Source: Lepagella sp.
GTDB taxonomy: Bacteria; Bacteroidota; Bacteroidia; Bacteroidales; Muribaculaceae
Assembly: GCA_051878555.1 (NCBI GenBank)
Contig: JBJEKI010000047.1
Location: 47,203 to 111,202 of the forward strand
Length of the DNA stretch: 64,000 nt
Direction of reading: 5' to 3'
In this document: piece after piece, positions 43,623-53,123 of the stretch
Layout of the letters: each line of letters opens with the position of its first letter
How positions within the stretch are numbered: position 1 is the first letter of the stretch
Translations under genes and position numbers: made by a program
Notes under the pieces: model-generated
Databases searched by the model: none
The model's input: the letters and a program-made list of their open reading frames with translations, nothing else
What the model was told of the DNA's origin: nothing

Positions 43623-46043
43623 ATGGAAGATATAAAAGAAAAAAAAGATTCGAAACAAGAGGAGTCGTTCTCTCTTAGTTTTTTCTTCAAAGCTTGCGCT
43701 CTGAAGTGGAAGTGGTTCTTCATCTCGGTAATCTTCTTTACTTTCCTCGGTGTGGCTTATGTCGCTATCCAGGAGTCGGGTTTCAAACGCACCATGCAGG
43801 TCCTTATCAAGGATCAAGACGGAGGTGGCGGCATGGGCGATATCGCCAGCTCTTTCTCGAAGTTGGGTCTTGTCTCGACCAATACCAATGTTTATAATGA
43901 GTTGATATCGCTCAAGTCCCCGGCGGTCATGACTGAAGTCGTGCAGCGTCTCGGACTTGATGTCAATTATTATCAGAAGGGGTTCCCACATGGCAAAACT
44001 CTCTATGGCACAAACCTCCCATTCAAGATCAAGATCCCCGATCTCGATCCCGGCATGGGTGGTATATTCACGATTGAACTCCAACCCGACGGCTCAGCAA
44101 GACTCTACAAGTTCAAAATCATCGACGCCGATGGCACACACAAGTTGCCCGGCGAGGTGAAGGTGGCTAAAACTTCTCCCTGCGCTGTGAAGACCCCTAT
44201 CGGCACTGTCCGGTTCGAGGTTAATGATAAGTATGTTCCCACTCCACGTGAGAAGACTGTCAATATTAAGGTGACTCGTCGATCTTTCCTCAAGACCGTC
44301 GAAAGTTATAGCAAGAAACTCGTCGGAGACCTTACCGACCGCGACGCTACAGTGATCGATCTCAGCATCAAGGATGTCTCTATCCAGCGTGCCGACGATG
44401 TGCTCAATACTATCCTCGATGTCTATACTTCCAAGTATGTCTCTGACAAGAATCGTATGGCTGTAGCCACTTCTCAGTTCATCGACGAGCGTCTCGCCCT
44501 GATCCAACAGGAACTCGGCGTCGTCGACTCTGAAATTATGAACTATAAGTCGCAGACTCTTGTGCCCGATCTCAAAGAGTCGGCTCGCCTTAACCTCGAG
44601 TCTGCCAAGGACAACGCTTCGATGCTCCGCGATGCCAATGCTCAAATGACCATGGCTAAGTATATTTATGACTATGTTCGGACTCCTTCCAATAAGTTCA
44701 AAGTCATACCTGTCAATACCGGAGCCACAAGCCCTCAGCTCGAAACTCAGATCACTACTTATAACTCCACTCTGTTGACTCGTAACAATGTGGCTGAAAG
44801 TACTTCCGACTCCAACCCGATTGTTGTCGATTACGACCAGCAGCTCGCCGGAATGCGCGACGCTATCGAACGCGCTCTCTATAATCAAGTCGTGAGATGG
44901 GAAAATTATGTCTCTTCTCTCCAAGGGCAGCAGTCCGAACTGCGTAGCCAACTCGCATCTGCGCCTACGCAAGCCAAACACCTGCTTAGCGTAGAGCGTC
45001 AGCAGAAGGTTAAAGAGGAACTATACCTCTACCTCCTTCAGAAGCGCGAGGAGAATGAACTCAACCAGACCTTTACCGCCGACAATACTCGTGTCATCAC
45101 CCCTCCCAGCGGCCCGGTTGAGCCCGTTTCTCCCAAACCGGTGCTCACCGTGGCGGTGATGTTCCTCCTCGGGTTCCTTTTCCCAGCCGGTATCGTTTAT
45201 GTCAAGGAGTCTACCAATACAAAGGTGCGCTCTCGCAAGGATCTCGAACACATGTCGACTCCGTTCATCGGCGAAATTCCTCTGGTCGGAAAGGTCGAAA
45301 ATAAGATCGCTAAACTTCTGAAAATCTTCGGCTCGAAGAAGAAGGATAATAACGAGTCACTCCCGGCTCGCGTCAGCCGTGGCAACCGCGATGTTATCAA
45401 TGAGTCGTTCCGTATCGTCCGCGGTAATATCGACTTCATGACTCGCAATGGAGGCTCTCATGTGATTCTCATCACTTCGTTCAACCCCGGCAGCGGAAAG
45501 TCGTTCGTTACTTTCAACCTCGCCACCTCGTTTGCCATCAAGAATAAACATGTGCTCATCATAGACTGTGACCTACGTCATGGTTCCGCCTCGCAGTTCG
45601 TTGGTATGCCTTCTCGTGGCATCACCTCTTATCTCACCGGCACTGTGCCCGACTGGCGGTCTCTCGTCGTTAAGGATGAAGAGGAGGCTACTCTCGATAT
45701 CCTCCCCATCGGCCACCGTCCTCCCAATCCTGCTGAGCTCCTCGAGACTACCCGCATGAAAACCCTCATCCAAGAGGCTTCCGCTCAATATGATTATATA
45801 TTCCTCGATTGCCCCCCGGTGGATATTGTCGTCGATACTCAGCTTATCGCTCCCCTCGCCGATTCTACCATATTTGTGGCTCGCGCCGGTCTTCTCGAGA
45901 AGGCTTCCGTGCCTGAAATCGATGAACTATATAAGAACAATCGTTTTAATCAGATGTCACTCCTCCTCAACGGCACAGATACATCTATGTCGCGTTATGG
46001 CTCTCGTGGCTATTACGCTTCTGCTTATTCCGTTGAGAGATAA
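43623..46043 (+). CDS. wzc: Polysaccharide co-polymerase / BY-kinase Wzc-like
   Basis: Two TM segments, coiled coil, Walker A PGSGKS, DCDLR, DCPP and C-terminal Tyr cluster. Confidence 0.92.
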   Translation: MEDIKEKKDSKQEESFSLSFFFKACALKWKWFFISVIFFTFLGVAYVAIQESGFKRTMQVLIKDQDGGGGMGDIASSFSKLGLVSTNTNVYNELISLKSPAVMTEVVQRLGLDVNYYQKGFPHGKTLYGTNLPFKIKIPDLDPGMGGIFTIELQPDGSARLYKFKIIDADGTHKLPGEVKVAKTSPCAVKTPIGTVRFEVNDKYVPTPREKTVNIKVTRRSFLKTVESYSKKLVGDLTDRDATVIDLSIKDVSIQRADDVLNTILDVYTSKYVSDKNRMAVATSQFIDERLALIQQELGVVDSEIMNYKSQTLVPDLKESARLNLESAKDNASMLRDANAQMTMAKYIYDYVRTPSNKFKVIPVNTGATSPQLETQITTYNSTLLTRNNVAESTSDSNPIVVDYDQQLAGMRDAIERALYNQVVRWENYVSSLQGQQSELRSQLASAPTQAKHLLSVERQQKVKEELYLYLLQKREENELNQTFTADNTRVITPPSGPVEPVSPKPVLTVAVMFLLGFLFPAGIVYVKESTNTKVRSRKDLEHMSTPFIGEIPLVGKVENKIAKLLKIFGSKKKDNNESLPARVSRGNRDVINESFRIVRGNIDFMTRNGGSHVILITSFNPGSGKSFVTFNLATSFAIKNKHVLIIDCDLRHGSASQFVGMPSRGITSYLTGTVPDWRSLVVKDEEEATLDILPIGHRPPNPAELLETTRMKTLIQEASAQYDYIFLDCPPVDIVVDTQLIAPLADSTIFVARAGLLEKASVPEIDELYKNNRFNQMSLLLNGTDTSMSRYGSRGYYASAYSVER

Positions 46044-46054
46044 TTCAATAGATT

Positions 46055-46786
46055 ATGTCAATTTGGCCTTTTAAATCAGTCGATAAACTCGCAAAATCAG
46101 GCCTCTTTGAAGGCTTCACTGACTGGCATTCTCATATACTGCCCGGTGTGGATGATGGTATCCGCACCATGGACGAGTCGCTCGATACTCTTGCCGCTTT
46201 CGAAGCTCACGGCATCAAGAAGGTGTGGCTAACTCCTCACGTCATGGAGGATTGCCCCAACACTACTCAGCGCCTCCGCGAGCGGTTCGAAGAACTAAAA
46301 CTCGCTTATAAGGGGGGTATCGAACTCAATCTTGCCTCCGAAAATATGCTCGACTCTCTTTTCGAAGAGAGACTTCGTGATAACGATTTCCTCCCTATCG
46401 GAAAAGATAAGGAACATCTCCTCGTCGAGACTTCTTATATCAATGCCCCTTACGGCATGGAGGCTATGATCGATGATGCATTCAAACTCGGTTATATCCC
46501 TATTCTGGCTCACCCCGAACGTTATCGCTATATGAATGAGAGTGATTATCGCAAATGGAAGAGCAAGGGACTCCTCTTTCAGTGTAATTATATCTCTCTT
46601 ATCGGTGGGTACGGCCAGACGGCACGTCAGAAGTTGGAGTGGATGCTAAAGGAGAAGATGATTGATCTCGTCGCCTCGGATGTTCACAAAAAGTTCGTGT
46701 TCGACCACGTCATTCAGAAGAGTCCCAAACATGCCGCCACCCTCCGTCAGCTCGTGGAGGTGGCGCATAACCCTGCCATCCTTTGA
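46055..46786 (+). CDS. PHP-family tyrosine phosphatase (CpsB/CapC type)
   Basis: DWHSHILPGVDDG, TPH, AHPERY and SDVH motifs. Confidence 0.92.
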   Translation: MSIWPFKSVDKLAKSGLFEGFTDWHSHILPGVDDGIRTMDESLDTLAAFEAHGIKKVWLTPHVMEDCPNTTQRLRERFEELKLAYKGGIELNLASENMLDSLFEERLRDNDFLPIGKDKEHLLVETSYINAPYGMEAMIDDAFKLGYIPILAHPERYRYMNESDYRKWKSKGLLFQCNYISLIGGYGQTARQKLEWMLKEKMIDLVASDVHKKFVFDHVIQKSPKHAATLRQLVEVAHNPAIL

Positions 46787-48183
46787 TGAGTCATCACAAG
46801 CCGTTCGATAATACTCAGCGTATTGAAGAATTTGGCAATGCTCCCATAGGTAGATTGCTCCTGAAGTATAGCCTCCCTGCCGTAGTCGGCACGGTGGCTA
46901 ATGCTTTGTATAATATCATCGACTCGATGGTGATAGGGCACGCTATCGACGACCCTGCCGTTGTCGCCGGCATGGCTGTGACTTTCCCCGTGATGAATAT
47001 CGTTAGTGCCCTCGGAATGCTCGTCGGCATCGGTGCATGTACCAGAGTATCCATAGTGATGGGACAGAACGATAAGCGAACTGCCGAAATCATCCTCGGT
47101 AATTGTGTCCAGCTCACCATCCTGTTCGGCTTGCTTTATGTATTGGGTTTCATATTCTTCCTCGACCCTCTGCTCGTATTGTTCGGTGCCTCCCCTCAGT
47201 CGCTACCTTACGCCCATGAGTTCCTGATGTGGGTACTCCCCGGCATGGTGCTTATGAATCTCACTTATTCCTACAATAATGTGATGCGTGCCTCCGGATA
47301 TCCCGCCAAGGCAATGTATACCAACCTGATAGGCTCTATCCTCAATGCTATATTAGCCCCAATTTTCCTTTTTGTCTTCGGATGGGGTATACGTGGCGCT
47401 GCTATTGCCACCGATATCTCTATGACTATCACCGCCTCTTGGGTTATGAGCCATTTCTTCAATAAGAATAATGTGCTCCATTTCACTCGTGGTGCCCTCA
47501 AGATGGATTGGAAGTTGATCCGTAGTGTGCTATATATAGGTATGGCTCCCTTTATGATCAATGTAGCCAATTCCGGCGTCAATGCCGTCATTAATACCTC
47601 TCTGCTTGAATATGGCGGCGACAATGCTGTGGCGGCTGTGGTGGTTTTCAATCGTTATGCCACCATCTTTATCTTCATCATCATAGGCATCTGCCAGGGC
47701 ATGCAGCCTATCGTCGGGTATAATTATGGTGCCAAACGTTATAGTCGTCTCTTCCGGACTTTGAGACTCGCTATCATAGTGAGTGTCGCTGTTACTCTTA
47801 TTGGCTCGCTCGCACTATTCAATCCGCGCCCCATCGCTTGCCTCTTTATGCAGGATGAAGACCAAATCCTCTGTGCTGTAGGATGCCTTAAAATCACACT
47901 CCTTTGCTTTAGCTTGGTCGGCTTCCAAATCGTGGTTACCAATTTCTTTCAAGCCCTCGGCAAGGCGGGTCGCTCGCTCTTCCTTTCGCTGACACGCCAA
48001 GTGCTATTCTTGATTCCCCTCCTCTTTATCCTCCCATCTTTTTTGGGGCTCAAGGGGATATGGGCTGCTTTCCCCATCAGCGATGCCGTCTCTTTCGTAG
48101 TGGCGGCATTGGTCCTCTGGCATGAAGTGGCTCACATCAAAAAAGTCGAGGCGTTAACCCCGACTTCTATATCCAATATCTGA
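46786..48183 (+). CDS. MATE family efflux transporter (MepA-like)
   Basis: Two repeats, ALYNIID and GMQPIVGYNYGA motifs; start overlaps the upstream stop (TGATG). Confidence 0.9.
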   Translation: MSHHKPFDNTQRIEEFGNAPIGRLLLKYSLPAVVGTVANALYNIIDSMVIGHAIDDPAVVAGMAVTFPVMNIVSALGMLVGIGACTRVSIVMGQNDKRTAEIILGNCVQLTILFGLLYVLGFIFFLDPLLVLFGASPQSLPYAHEFLMWVLPGMVLMNLTYSYNNVMRASGYPAKAMYTNLIGSILNAILAPIFLFVFGWGIRGAAIATDISMTITASWVMSHFFNKNNVLHFTRGALKMDWKLIRSVLYIGMAPFMINVANSGVNAVINTSLLEYGGDNAVAAVVVFNRYATIFIFIIIGICQGMQPIVGYNYGAKRYSRLFRTLRLAIIVSVAVTLIGSLALFNPRPIACLFMQDEDQILCAVGCLKITLLCFSLVGFQIVVTNFFQALGKAGRSLFLSLTRQVLFLIPLLFILPSFLGLKGIWAAFPISDAVSFVVAALVLWHEVAHIKKVEALTPTSISNI

Positions 48184-48198
48184 ATTTTAGCCTAATTC

Positions 48199-49329
48199 TT
48201 ATCGCTTGCTGACATCTACTCGCTGAGTGGGTGGCTGCATCCTATTGCGCTCTGCCACTGCCCCTATCACGCTGACGGCAAGCCTATCGAAGGCTTGGGC
48301 TTGCAGATCGGCTCCCTCCGGATCTTGTGCCAACTGAAGTGCCACCGGGGCACCATCGTCGGCATGCTCCCGAATATCCATCACCAAGGGTATTTGTGCC
48401 AGCAGACGGATGCCCGTGGTCTCGGCAAGCCTTACTCCGCCACCTTCGCCGAAGATGTAGTAACGCTCGTCAGGGTGTGGCGCCGGCGTGAACCATGCCA
48501 TATTCTCCACCAATCCCAAGATCGGAACATTCACTTTCGGGTCGGTGAACATGGCAATGCCCTTGCGAGCATCGGCAAGTGCCACCTCTTGGGGTGTGCT
48601 CACCACCACGATCCCGGTGATCGCTAAGGTCTGTACCAAGGTCAAGTGGATATCGCTCGTGCCGGGGGGCATGTCGATGATGAAGTAGTCCAAGTCGCCC
48701 CACCAGGCGTCGGAGATAAGTTGCTTCAGAGCGTTGCTCGCCATACCTCCTCGCCATAACACCGGCTTCTCTTTATCCACCACAAATCCTATCGAGAGCA
48801 TCTTTACACCATAGCGCTCCACTGGCTCGATCCAGTCGCGTCCATCCTTATTCACCATATAGAGCTGCTGATCTTCGACCCCAAACATCTTGGGCATCGA
48901 TGGACCGAATATGTCGGCATCAAGCAGCCCGACACGATACCCGCGTGCCGCAAGTCCTACTGCCAAGTTGGCGGCGATCGTAGATTTCCCGACCCCTCCT
49001 TTGCCACTCGATACGCCGATGATGTTCTTAACTCCCGGCAGCAATGTCGCCGGCTTTTCTGCCTGTGGCTTGCGATATTTCACAGCGATGTTTCCCACGA
49101 TCTCCACTTCCGGAGATATGTAGGTGCGGATCGCCGTCTCTGCCGATCTTACCACACTCTTGATGAAGGGATCCGTAGGACGCTCGAAGATCATTGTGAA
49201 AGTGACTTTCGCACCATCGATACGGATGTCATCTTCGATCATCTCATTCTCTACTACACTCTTGCCATTGCCCGGATATTTTACATGTTCCAGAGCCTCT
49301 ATGATAAGTTTGGGATATAGTGTTATCAT
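48199..49329 (-). CDS. mrp: Mrp/NBP35 (ApbC) Fe-S carrier ATPase
   Basis: SGKGGVGKS, DADIFGPS, DMPPGT and ENM motifs. Confidence 0.93.
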   Translation of the reverse strand: MITLYPKLIIEALEHVKYPGNGKSVVENEMIEDDIRIDGAKVTFTMIFERPTDPFIKSVVRSAETAIRTYISPEVEIVGNIAVKYRKPQAEKPATLLPGVKNIIGVSSGKGGVGKSTIAANLAVGLAARGYRVGLLDADIFGPSMPKMFGVEDQQLYMVNKDGRDWIEPVERYGVKMLSIGFVVDKEKPVLWRGGMASNALKQLISDAWWGDLDYFIIDMPPGTSDIHLTLVQTLAITGIVVVSTPQEVALADARKGIAMFTDPKVNVPILGLVENMAWFTPAPHPDERYYIFGEGGGVRLAETTGIRLLAQIPLVMDIREHADDGAPVALQLAQDPEGADLQAQAFDRLAVSVIGAVAERNRMQPPTQRVDVSKR

Positions 49330-49340
49330 GGTCGGATTTT

Positions 49341-50102
49341 TTACTGATTCGATTGGTTATTGGGTATATTGGGGCGAGGGATGGCTCGATAGTCATCGCG
49401 CTCGATGTCATCTTCTTGCGGCTCTTGAAGCCCTTGCTCGCATGTCGGCTTGAAGGAGATCAGTTTGATGCTCTTGCCGCGTGACAGCCATTGCTGCTCG
49501 TAATATGTCTTGATCGATCGCTCCGGATCTGCAAGTCCCGAAGCATACAGGTCGTCGGTGCAGGTCATGACCTCAAAACCATTGACCTCTACCATTCTGC
49601 GAGTGTATTCATAGAGGAAGGGTGAGTCTGTCTTCAGATGGATCACTCCTCCCGGCTTCAAGATGCGACAATACATCTCGATGAAGCGGGTCGAGGTGAG
49701 GCGCTTGCGTGTCTTCTTCATCTGAGGATCGGGAAAGGTAATCCAGATCTCATCCACCTCCGAGGGGGCAAAAAATTGGTCGATGTTCTCGATCTCACAC
49801 CTCAAAAATCGGGCATTGTCGATACCTTCGCACTCCACTTCCGAGGCTCCGGTCCACATCCGAGCTCCCTTGATATCGATGCCGACAAAGTTCTTGTCGA
49901 CATAGCGACGGGCAAGCCCTACCGTGTATTCTCCACGGCCACACCCCAATTCGAGCACTATAGGACTCTCCCGGGGGAATAACTCGCTGTTCCATTTCCC
50001 TTTGTGTGGAAATCCGAGACGCAACAGTTCTTCACGCGGATATTGCAACACGCAGTCATATCGCTCCATGTCTGCAAATTTCTTCAATTTGTTCTTGCCC
50101 AT
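49341..50102 (-). CDS. trmB: tRNA (guanine-N7)-methyltransferase
   Basis: ELGCGRGEY, GIDIKG, FPDPQ and LKTD motifs. Confidence 0.95.
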   Translation of the reverse strand: MGKNKLKKFADMERYDCVLQYPREELLRLGFPHKGKWNSELFPRESPIVLELGCGRGEYTVGLARRYVDKNFVGIDIKGARMWTGASEVECEGIDNARFLRCEIENIDQFFAPSEVDEIWITFPDPQMKKTRKRLTSTRFIEMYCRILKPGGVIHLKTDSPFLYEYTRRMVEVNGFEVMTCTDDLYASGLADPERSIKTYYEQQWLSRGKSIKLISFKPTCEQGLQEPQEDDIERDDYRAIPRPNIPNNQSNQ

Positions 50103-50108
50103 AATATT

Positions 50109-51302
50109 TTAACGTTGCCAGGTATAGTTTTTCTTTCTCGCGGCGCGATGTTCGCATCTGAATAGCAGGTCGACTATCGGTCGCCACATCCAGAAGAGCA
50201 CAACGCCCCACCAGAGTCTGATCATGCCGAATCGCTTGGCGAGACGACGATACATATAGATCTCAAGCCCCCAGAATGTCAGCAGAATTATTGCTGAGAT
50301 GATGGCTGGCACCAGGTTGGGTAGCGATGTTATAGCAGCGGCTATCGCCGCTGCCGGGATGGCCCATTGCATTAACTCCATCAGACCGGAGCGGATGAAG
50401 GGAGCGCGTGGCAACCAGCGCCGGGTGAAGCTGTAGCGCGCTTTGCGGATCTCCCACACCTTGTTGGTAGAGTTCCCCAAAGAGTCTTTCCATACGCTCT
50501 CGATGATATCTTCGTCGCTTACGGTCACCATCGTGTTCGAGCCGTTGGCAATCTCGTTTATGAATATGTCGTCGTCGCCATTGTGGAGGTAGATGCTCTG
50601 CGCATATCCTTTGTGGTCGTAGAAGACGCTCTTGCGGAACGCCAGGTTGTAGCCATCTCCTCGATAGGGCTTACGGGCGGCGGCATATCCCACCCAGAGG
50701 GCATTGGAGAGAAGTTCGTCGAATTGACGATACCAGCGCCCCGGGCCCTTCATGTCGCCTATGCTCAGACGAGACACTCCGAGCGACACATCATAGTGAC
50801 GACCCTGCTCCCCGCAGAAGGGGCGCATCAGACGACTAAGCCATCTGTCGGAGGGTATACGTATGTTGGCCGCCGTGGTGACTATGATCTCTCCCTTCGA
50901 GGCTTTTACCCCGATGGTAATCGTCAGCTTGCTGCGACTCAGATTGTGTGACCCCGGCTGGATGAAGGTGAAGTAGACGTTGTCATAGACCCCCGAGTAT
51001 CGCTCGGTTAGCATCTCCGCCTGATCCCACGAGCCGTCGCAGATCACGATGATCTCAAAGTCGGGATAGTCTTGATGTGACAGTGCTTCAAGCGTCGTGG
51101 CTAAATGCTCATCTTCCGCTTTGCTATATACCAAGACTGATGCTTTGGGGGTATGACCGTTTCCCCCGATTATCGGTTCAAGTGTGCTCATTCGATAGGC
51201 ATCCCTATATGGCTTCATACCATAGAAGTATGCCAACAGCACCAAAGTCGCGCATAGCACCATCAGCACTATTGCGAGATTTGTAATTGTCAACGAAAAC
51301 AT
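50109..51302 (-). CDS. Membrane-anchored GT2-like protein with degenerate DxD
   Basis: QDYPDFEIIVICDGS, NLAFRK and GDDD motifs; TAAN at the usual TDAD position. Confidence 0.8.
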   Translation of the reverse strand: MFSLTITNLAIVLMVLCATLVLLAYFYGMKPYRDAYRMSTLEPIIGGNGHTPKASVLVYSKAEDEHLATTLEALSHQDYPDFEIIVICDGSWDQAEMLTERYSGVYDNVYFTFIQPGSHNLSRSKLTITIGVKASKGEIIVTTAANIRIPSDRWLSRLMRPFCGEQGRHYDVSLGVSRLSIGDMKGPGRWYRQFDELLSNALWVGYAAARKPYRGDGYNLAFRKSVFYDHKGYAQSIYLHNGDDDIFINEIANGSNTMVTVSDEDIIESVWKDSLGNSTNKVWEIRKARYSFTRRWLPRAPFIRSGLMELMQWAIPAAAIAAAITSLPNLVPAIISAIILLTFWGLEIYMYRRLAKRFGMIRLWWGVVLFWMWRPIVDLLFRCEHRAARKKNYTWQR

Positions 51303-51320
51303 CTTATTAAGGAATACGCT

Positions 51321-51992
51321 CTAAAATTTCTTACCCCCTACGATCCCTCGGAATGTGCGCCATAGTATCGACATATCTTGCGCTAATGACCCATGTTGCA
51401 GGTAGTAGAGGTCGTAGTAGAGGCGGGTCAACATCTTTTCAAGTGTGTCAGTATAACCGTTATAGAGTGTCGCAAATGAGGTCACTCCCGGGCGTATCTG
51501 ATAGAGATAGCGATAGCGACTGTCTGCCTCCATGATTTTCTCTATGAAATATTCTCGCTCCGGACGCGGACCGATGAACGACATATCTCCCTTGAAGACA
51601 TTAAGCAGTTGCGGCAATTCGTCAAGATGATGTGCTCGCAAGAATTTCCCGATCTTGGTCAGACGTCTGTCTTCGCCAGTGGTGGCGTCGAACAGTTGCG
51701 GGCCGTCTTTCTCCGCATCCATGCGCATCGACCTGAATTTCAATATGTAGAACTTCTTGCCTTTATAGCCTATGCGCTCCTGACGATAGATCGCCGAACC
51801 TCCATCCTCTCGCCTCACGGCTATGTGACACGCTATGTAAAGCGGCGAAAAGATGATAATCAATATCCCGGAAAACAAGAAATCGAACGCTCTCTTGATA
51901 AAGCGCTCTATCTTGTTCATGCCATTTTTTATTTCCTTGCCGTCGTCAATCGGCGACACCTTATATTTTTCTAATTCTATATTGCTCTCCAT
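51321..51992 (-). CDS. Bacterial sugar transferase (priming phosphoglycosyltransferase)
   Basis: KRAFD, KFRSM, LDELPQL, GDMSFIGPRPE and YDLYY motifs; start uncertain (TTG 52019 possible). Confidence 0.92.
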   Translation of the reverse strand: MESNIELEKYKVSPIDDGKEIKNGMNKIERFIKRAFDFLFSGILIIIFSPLYIACHIAVRREDGGSAIYRQERIGYKGKKFYILKFRSMRMDAEKDGPQLFDATTGEDRRLTKIGKFLRAHHLDELPQLLNVFKGDMSFIGPRPEREYFIEKIMEADSRYRYLYQIRPGVTSFATLYNGYTDTLEKMLTRLYYDLYYLQHGSLAQDMSILWRTFRGIVGGKKF

Positions 51993-52180
51993 TAGGGTTT
52001 TATGTATTGCAATCAGCATCTTTGCGCAACGCTGTATTCATGTAATACAATGCTTCGTTTCTATCGAAACTTTTGCATCTGCAAATATACAAAAAAAGAA
52101 TGATAATCAGACCCTCTGATTATCACTTTTTTTCTTTTTTTCGCTTTATCCCTCTTTTCCCCGCTAAAATCTTTCACCTT

Positions 52181-52906
52181 CTATCGGTTGAAAAGACACC
52201 TTGCTATCAAGCATTTTACATAGTGAAGGCGTGTCTTGATGCGATAGGTAAGTGGATTATTGCTCTTGCCATAACTCGAAATATTTCCTTGATGGCGGCG
52301 ATAGTATACTAATCTGTCGGGAATTATAATATATTTATATTTTATCGATCCTAAGAATCCAAGCCATCGATCGTGAGATTGAAGCCCGACGGGGAAGGGT
52401 AGCGCCTTGTCTAGTAGACGTCTGCTCACCGCCGCACAGCACCCCTTGTAGGGAGCGATGAAAAATAGAGATTTCCATCTGTTGCTATGTGTCGGCGCCG
52501 GGTCGATTGCTTCGTTGTCTACTCTCAAATCTTTGTCAGTGAAGATGCATTTGCATTGCACATAGTCGTAGTCTTTGAGATAACCCATCATCACTTCCAC
52601 CTTGTTGCTCGCCCAGGCATCATCTTGATCCGATAGAAAGATGTAGTCTCCCTTGGCGTGGCGTAGAGCATTCTCAAAGTTGTAGGTCACTTTTTGCACC
52701 GGCTGAAAATCTCGTGTGTCCCTTTCGTTGGTGTAGATCCGGATGCGAGGATCATTGTATCCCCGGAGTATTTCCAATGTCCGATCGGTCGAATGATCAT
52801 CGGATATGACTATCTCATCCTCTTCACTTAGCTGTGAGAGAATCGAGTCTATTTGCTCGGCTATATAGGCCTCGCCGTTGTATGTAGCTATACACACCGA
52901 TATCAT
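52181..52906 (-). CDS. Glycosyltransferase family 2
   Basis: SVCIATYNG, SDDHSTD and LSDQDD motifs; start trimmed because a -7 box lies at 52928-52935. Confidence 0.9.
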   Translation of the reverse strand: MISVCIATYNGEAYIAEQIDSILSQLSEEDEIVISDDHSTDRTLEILRGYNDPRIRIYTNERDTRDFQPVQKVTYNFENALRHAKGDYIFLSDQDDAWASNKVEVMMGYLKDYDYVQCKCIFTDKDLRVDNEAIDPAPTHSNRWKSLFFIAPYKGCCAAVSRRLLDKALPFPVGLQSHDRWLGFLGSIKYKYIIIPDRLVYYRRHQGNISSYGKSNNPLTYRIKTRLHYVKCLIARCLFNR

Positions 52907-53123
52907 TCGTTTTTGCTTTACCGACTGCAAAGGTAAGAATTATTATCCACATAGCAAAATTTATAACTCTCTATTATTTTTCCTATCTTTTTATGTCCGG
53001 TTTTTGCTGTTTTGACTCTTTTTTTGTCTTTTTTTATATTGTTTAATACAACTTTATAACATCTCGGGCGTTCTATCTTTGATAGAGTTTTTCTATTTTA
53101 CGCAATTTTTTAATTCGTCGTGT

